Positions 58,771-64,000 of a stretch of 64,000 nucleotides of DNA are shown here, one piece after another. Source of the DNA: Nostoc sp. DedSLP01 (GTDB lineage Bacteria > Cyanobacteriota > Cyanobacteriia > Cyanobacteriales > Nostocaceae). The DNA lies in contig JAVRCJ020000002.1 in the NCBI GenBank assembly GCA_034530875.2, positions 32,001 through 96,000 on the forward strand, written 5' to 3'. Every line of letters starts with the position of its first letter. The stretch's first letter is position 1. A program made the position numbers and the translations under genes. Below the pieces are notes generated by a model. It did not search any database. It had not been told where the DNA came from and worked only from the letters and a program-made list of their open reading frames with translations.

Positions 58771-60858
58771 TTAAAACCGCTGTCCTATACCTAAATGTAA
58801 TTGGCTTTCTCCCTGGTCGTTAAAACCATAATCAGCACGAATTAAGCCCAAAGGCGAATCAATTCGCACTCCAGCGCCATAACCAAAACCAAAGCCTGGT
58901 TTATCCCGCACACCCGCCGGATTTCCCAATACAGTATCGCCAGAACCCAAGTCAGAACCGAAGTCGGCAAACAATACACCGCCGACAATTGGTAAAACGG
59001 GGAAGCGATATTCTGCCGAAGCTAAAACATAACTGCGACCGCTGCCAACTTCTCCAGAATCGTAACCGCGGACTGAGTTTGAACCGCCCAAGTTAAAGCT
59101 TTCGTAGGGCGGTAAATTGCCAATGACGGTACCAGCTTGGAGATTGACTGCAAATACTTGTGGCTGTTTGCTATTAAATAACTGAACAGGTAAATATTGG
59201 CTGTAATTGGCTTTGAGGCGATTGAGGGAAATATTACCTTGACCAATGGGCACAGATTGTTCTGTACTCAGACTCAAGACGGAACCTTTAGTAGGATTAA
59301 TGGGGTTATCTCGTCGGTCTTTGGTGGCGGTGAAGGATACGGTAGTGAGGTCATCTACACCTGTGCCGCTGGCAGATAAGGGATTGCCTTGAGCGTCTGT
59401 TGGGGTAATATTACCTTGGCGATCGCGGATACTAGTCCTGGTATAGTTAACTCCTAATGAGGTATTCCAGTCATCAATTGGTCGCTGGAAGCTGATACCG
59501 CCACCAATATGGCCTTCCTGCACTTTATCGCCGTTAGCTAACCTAATCTCATCGTCAAAGGTTTCTGAAACTTCCCGATTGCGGAAAACATTTACAGTGT
59601 ATCCCAAGCGATCGGGGTTAGTTATGCGATAAGGACTGATAAATTTAGTATTAAACTGTAAGTCCCGGCTACTAACGCCAACATTCAGCGCCAAAGTATC
59701 GTTACTACCGCCCACATTCCGGTCTTGATAGCTGATTGTACCGATTAATCCTTGGTCGGCGTTGTAACTACCACCCAAGTTAACACCACGCGCCCCAGTT
59801 TCTTTGAGTTGATAGATGACATCAAGTTTTGTCGCATCTCCTTCCAAGGCAACATTTACACTCTCAAATAAACCGATGCCATATAGCTGTTGTATGTCTT
59901 GTTTAACTACATTTTCTTGGAAGATTTGACCCGGTTTGAGTTTGAGTTGCTGTTGCAGAAAATCTGGTTTAGTGCGCCCTCCTACGGGATTACCTTTACT
60001 GTCAACGGTTTTGCCGTCGTCACCCACAAAGCGAAACTTAACATCACCCACCAAGCCTTCAGCAACATTCAAAGTCAGGATTCCTTGAGGGCTGGGTTTA
60101 ATCGATACCACCCGTGCCAAGTTATAACCATTGTCAGCGTACCACTTATTAATTTGTGCCACTGCTTGCTGGAGTCCAGCCGGACTGATAGCGGTACCGA
60201 TTTGAGATTGCAAACTTTGTTGCGCTACTTGGTAAGTAAGTACTTTAGCACCGGATAATTGTAGCGATCGCACGATTACCGGTTGCACTTGATAAACTAC
60301 ATTCAATCCAGCGGATGTACTTTGGCTATTGACGCTGGCATTACTAAATAAACCCGTATCTAAAATTGCTGCCACATCTTTTTGTAACTGGCTTTGACTC
60401 GTTTCTCCACCGATTTGAGTTTTAATAACTTTGCGAATGATTTCTTGCAATTCCTGATTAGCTCCTACTATCTGTACATTAGTAGCAGTAACTACTAAAT
60501 CGTTGTTATTAGTAGGTTTTGGGGAAGATGAGGGGAACGGAAGCGGTGTTACGGAGGGGTTAACTTTGTCTTTTTGGCTTTGTATTATCGTCGCTGCTGG
60601 TTTTAAGATGACTGGGGAATTTTTATTTGCAGTTGTTGGCGTTGGGAGGGGATTTTGAGAAAATTGTTGTGCAACGATAGTTTCTGGAGAAGCAATTGTT
60701 TCTACTCGTGTAGGAGTTTCTTCAATTACTGGTACAACCAAGCCATCGGGTTTTGCAGTTGGAGTAACATTTTTAGTAGATGCAGCCGTCGCTTGTTGAG
60801 TAACGTTACCAGCAGCTAAAGTCGCTAAAGTCAAAATTGCAGTAGTAGAAATTTTCAT
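58771..60858 (-). CDS. Omp85 / BamA-TamA family outer membrane protein
   Basis: Signal peptide, POTRA region, LGGSNSVRGY, GYGAGVR..SPLGLIRADYG, C-terminal GIGQRF. Confidence 0.94.
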   Translation of the reverse strand: MKISTTAILTLATLAAGNVTQQATAASTKNVTPTAKPDGLVVPVIEETPTRVETIASPETIVAQQFSQNPLPTPTTANKNSPVILKPAATIIQSQKDKVNPSVTPLPFPSSSPKPTNNNDLVVTATNVQIVGANQELQEIIRKVIKTQIGGETSQSQLQKDVAAILDTGLFSNASVNSQSTSAGLNVVYQVQPVIVRSLQLSGAKVLTYQVAQQSLQSQIGTAISPAGLQQAVAQINKWYADNGYNLARVVSIKPSPQGILTLNVAEGLVGDVKFRFVGDDGKTVDSKGNPVGGRTKPDFLQQQLKLKPGQIFQENVVKQDIQQLYGIGLFESVNVALEGDATKLDVIYQLKETGARGVNLGGSYNADQGLIGTISYQDRNVGGSNDTLALNVGVSSRDLQFNTKFISPYRITNPDRLGYTVNVFRNREVSETFDDEIRLANGDKVQEGHIGGGISFQRPIDDWNTSLGVNYTRTSIRDRQGNITPTDAQGNPLSASGTGVDDLTTVSFTATKDRRDNPINPTKGSVLSLSTEQSVPIGQGNISLNRLKANYSQYLPVQLFNSKQPQVFAVNLQAGTVIGNLPPYESFNLGGSNSVRGYDSGEVGSGRSYVLASAEYRFPVLPIVGGVLFADFGSDLGSGDTVLGNPAGVRDKPGFGFGYGAGVRIDSPLGLIRADYGFNDQGESQLHLGIGQRF

Positions 60859-61105
60859 AATATTTAATCTAATTAATTAGGAGTTATAGCAATTTTGGAT
60901 TTTAGGTTTTGGACTAAAAAATTATTCCAAAAATTGCAAACAATACATTTTTTCGGAATTTAGTGTTAGTTGTAGACAAGTAAATAAATAGAGATAATAT
61001 CTGAGAATTCAGCAACCATGAGCGAACTATCTCCAGCTTTTCTCTTTAATTTCCTATTTATACTTCTTACCCAAATAGACAGTTAATTTTGATATTTTGT
61101 TTCTC

Positions 61106-62470
61106 ATGAGTAATGTATCTCGTTCTTCTCAAGCTTCTAATTCTCAAACTGCAACTTCTCGTTTGCGGTTACTTGTATTAAGTAACGGACATGGGGAAGA
61201 TATAATTGCAGTCCGAATTTTGCAAGAACTCCAGCGACAATTAAACCCACCAGAGATATTTGCTTTGCCTCTGGTGGGTGAAGGACGTGCTTACCAACAG
61301 TTGGATATTCCTCTGATTGGTTCGGTACGCACTATGCCTTCTGGTGGCTTTATTTATATGGATGGACGGCAATTGGCGCGGGATGTAAAGGGAGGTTTAT
61401 TGCAACTTACCCTCAGCCAGATTAAAGCTATTCGTCACTGGGTAAGTTCGCAAAAGAAATTAGGTAACAAAAGAGCAATTTTAGCTGTGGGAGATATTGT
61501 CCCATTGTTATTTGCAGCTTTTAGTGGTGCTAATTATGCTTTTATCGGTACGGCGAAATCGGAATATCACGTGCGAGATGAATCTGGATTATTACCAAAA
61601 AAATCTCAAGGTGTGAATTGGGAAAATTTCTCTGGTTCGGTGTATCATCCTTGGGAACGTTGGTTGATGAGTCGCCGCCGTTGTCAAGCGGTGTTCCTCA
61701 GAGATGAACTGACGACAGAGATATTAAAACAATGGCGAATTCCAGCTTTGAGTTTGGGGAATCCGATGATGGATGGGTTAGAAACAACATTTCCATCCGC
61801 ACAATTTTATAGTGTAGCTAGTCACCAACAGGAGAAAATTCGGCCTTTTGTGGTGACTCTTTTACCTGGTTCCCGCGCGCCAGAAGCATACAACAATTGG
61901 GAAACAATTATTATCGCCGTATCTGCATTGGTAACAAGTTTCCAACAGCGAAATTCGGTTTTTCACGCTTCTGGCACGGTAGTATTTTTAGGTGCGATCG
62001 CTCCTAGTCTCGACTGCAATCTTTTGGCTCAAAATCTACAATCCCAAGGCTGGCGAACCACATCAGAATCACCCATCCAAATTTCCGACCCCAATGTATT
62101 GATATTTAAGCACAGAAATGCATATTTACTGTTAACCCAGCAAGCTTATAACGACTGTTTGCATTTAGGAGATGTGGCGATCGCAATGGCAGGTACAGCG
62201 ACAGAACAGTTTGTTGGTTTAGGCAAACCAGCGATCGCGATTCCCGGCAAAGGGCCTCAATATAACCGTGGCTTTGCACAAGCTCAAAGTCGGCTTTTAG
62301 GCTCATCTTTGATTTTAGTCGAGCAGCCCGCAGAAGTTCCCAAAATCGTCCAGTCCTTATTCAAAGATCCCGATCGCTTGCAAATAATTGCCGAAAATGG
62401 TCTGCGGCGTATGGGAAAATCAGGTGCAGCACTACGCATTGCCCAATGTTTACAAGAACGGTTCGGATGA
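61106..62470 (+). CDS. Lipid-A-disaccharide synthase-related protein (GT-B fold)
   Basis: SNGHGED, LPLVGEG, GNPMMD, LLPGSR, AMAGTATEQ..GLGKP. Confidence 0.85.
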   Translation: MSNVSRSSQASNSQTATSRLRLLVLSNGHGEDIIAVRILQELQRQLNPPEIFALPLVGEGRAYQQLDIPLIGSVRTMPSGGFIYMDGRQLARDVKGGLLQLTLSQIKAIRHWVSSQKKLGNKRAILAVGDIVPLLFAAFSGANYAFIGTAKSEYHVRDESGLLPKKSQGVNWENFSGSVYHPWERWLMSRRRCQAVFLRDELTTEILKQWRIPALSLGNPMMDGLETTFPSAQFYSVASHQQEKIRPFVVTLLPGSRAPEAYNNWETIIIAVSALVTSFQQRNSVFHASGTVVFLGAIAPSLDCNLLAQNLQSQGWRTTSESPIQISDPNVLIFKHRNAYLLLTQQAYNDCLHLGDVAIAMAGTATEQFVGLGKPAIAIPGKGPQYNRGFAQAQSRLLGSSLILVEQPAEVPKIVQSLFKDPDRLQIIAENGLRRMGKSGAALRIAQCLQERFG

Positions 62471-62621
62471 GACTAATTACTAATTCGTAATTCGTAATTA
62501 AGCGATCGCCCGTTTAGTGCAGTGATGTGTGAGAGACCGATCGTTCTCACTCACTTAAGCCACAAAAACGCGATCGCTACGGGAGCAAATTTGAGCCTGC
62601 CAAATTTTGTTGACAGTTCGC

Positions 62622-63344
62622 CTACGCTACTAAACCAGAACGTAAAGCACGAACGGCAGCTTGGGTACGGTCATCAGCGCAGAGTTTATTGAGAATATTG
62701 CGAACGTGGGTTTTCACAGTACCGACTGTAATGTAGAGTTTTTCCGCAATTTGTCCGTTGCTACACCCAGCTACAATTAACTCTAAGATTTCTAATTCTC
62801 GTTGGGTTAGGGGATATGTTTCTAAAACTTGCTCGTATTCTGTAGCCAGCGCTTCGATTTTGACTGTCTTTGGCTTGTCGGAGGATTGGCTTTCTCCGGG
62901 AATTCCTTGGCGCATCTTCCGTAAGACTACGTTGGCGATCGCGGGATCGATCCAAGAATTACCACCAAAAGTTGCTTGTATAGCTTCAGTTAATTTACTG
63001 ATGCTGGTTTCTTTCATGTAATAAGAATCTGCTCCTGCGGCAAAAGCCGCAAGTACGGCATCCTCTGTATGATCCATTGTCAGAATTAGAATCTTCGTTG
63101 CTGTTTGCCCAGTTTCAGCTTGATGACGTTTGAATTTACGGGTGAGTTCAATCCCATCCATATCAGGCAAGCCAATATCTACAACTGCCACATCTGGCTT
63201 TGCCGTTTCCAAAAGTTTTAATCCCTGAGTAGCATTTGCAGCTTCGCCAATTACTTTTAATGCACTGTGAGACTGTAATGCAGCCCGTAGTCCCATGCGG
63301 GTTAAATCATGATCTTCAATTAAAATAATGCTGATTTCACTCAT
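62622..63344 (-). CDS. NarL/LuxR family response regulator
   Basis: IEDHDL..DIGLPDMDG REC; LTQRELEIL..SNGQIAEKLYITVGTVKTHV HTH. Confidence 0.95.
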   Translation of the reverse strand: MSEISIILIEDHDLTRMGLRAALQSHSALKVIGEAANATQGLKLLETAKPDVAVVDIGLPDMDGIELTRKFKRHQAETGQTATKILILTMDHTEDAVLAAFAAGADSYYMKETSISKLTEAIQATFGGNSWIDPAIANVVLRKMRQGIPGESQSSDKPKTVKIEALATEYEQVLETYPLTQRELEILELIVAGCSNGQIAEKLYITVGTVKTHVRNILNKLCADDRTQAAVRALRSGLVA

Positions 63345-64000
63345 TGCTACACTCACTCTTACACTGTTTGCATCTTTCAAAGTATTACCTTTTGTAATTA
63401 CTGTCTTTGTAAGAATTCAGGAGTCAGAATAATCCAATAATTAGGAGACTTATTGATGAATCAATATAACTATCATATTAGATTCCTATATCAATCCTGA
63501 CCTTTTAATGGCAGTTGCTACCCTTGTGTTTTTTACCAGACGCTATGCGTAGTTTGCTTTCCTGTAGGAGTAGGGAAAGGCTCAGGGCAAACAAGCCCAA
63601 AAACTCGACGCTAGTCGCTTATGGCTAAAATTCCCAAGACTGCGCTCAGTATCTCCAACGCACCACCTCGTTTTAAGCGCTGAATTCTTTTTTTTATTTT
63701 ATTTTTCCAAACTTAAGATAGATGATTTTTTCAACGCTCTGCATCCACCGATAGAAATAATAAATATCCTATTTTTTTATATTTAGATAGAGGGCAAATC
63801 TAGCTGGAGATATATGGCTACTTGCACAAAAAGGATGAAATATTGATACGAATGCTAAGTTGCCCTCTTTGAGTGAAAATTCAGCTTTCAATTGTTATGT
63901 TCTGCTAGTTACTTAACTATTATAGAGAGCCGATTTGATTCCAAGAATCACTCTTAAGGCAAGGGAAGGGGAAACAGGAGGTCGCCGCAAATACAGCAGT

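Larger units (their letters stand above)
1..64000. repeat. HIP1 octamer GCGATCGC dispersed throughout
   Basis: Dozens of occurrences (e.g. 105, 495, 1973, 4384, 9706). Confidence 0.95.

Overview
Chromosomal window from a filamentous, probably heterocyst-forming cyanobacterium (Nostocales-like). The assignment rests on abundant HIP1 octamers (GCGATCGC), STRR heptamer arrays, petC-petA and cyanobacterial pilB/pilT/pilC. Core genes are hisF (3' part), tRNA-Ala(GGC), bioU, pilC-pilT-pilB divergent from grpE-dnaK-dnaJ-tusA-like-rsgA, a GH57 enzyme, petCA, csaA, tatC, an ABC exporter, an Omp85-family protein and a NarL regulator. Accessory patches are: (i) a signalling islet next to the tRNA (PAS-REC, CheB-GAF lacking its catalytic Asp, a double-transmitter hybrid kinase, a kinase relic); (ii) many toxin-antitoxin-like pairs (MazEF, YhaV/PrlF-like, PIN, two DUF6888/DUF6887 pairs, a DUF4926 relic locus, two Uma2 genes); (iii) an AT-rich four-gene cassette with a membrane Ser/Thr kinase carrying a Cys-conserved MORN ectodomain, a secreted near-copy of that ectodomain, a secreted Arg-rich repeat protein with a similar signal peptide, and an L,D-transpeptidase. 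This cassette is my best candidate for an undescribed system. Also notable are a ~300-nt highly base-paired element between dnaK and dnaJ, an exported PEP-CTERM CpcT/CpeT-like protein, and many MITEs and tiny dispersed repeats, some inserted into HIP1 sites inside genes. All family calls come from motif recognition by eye; no searches were run.
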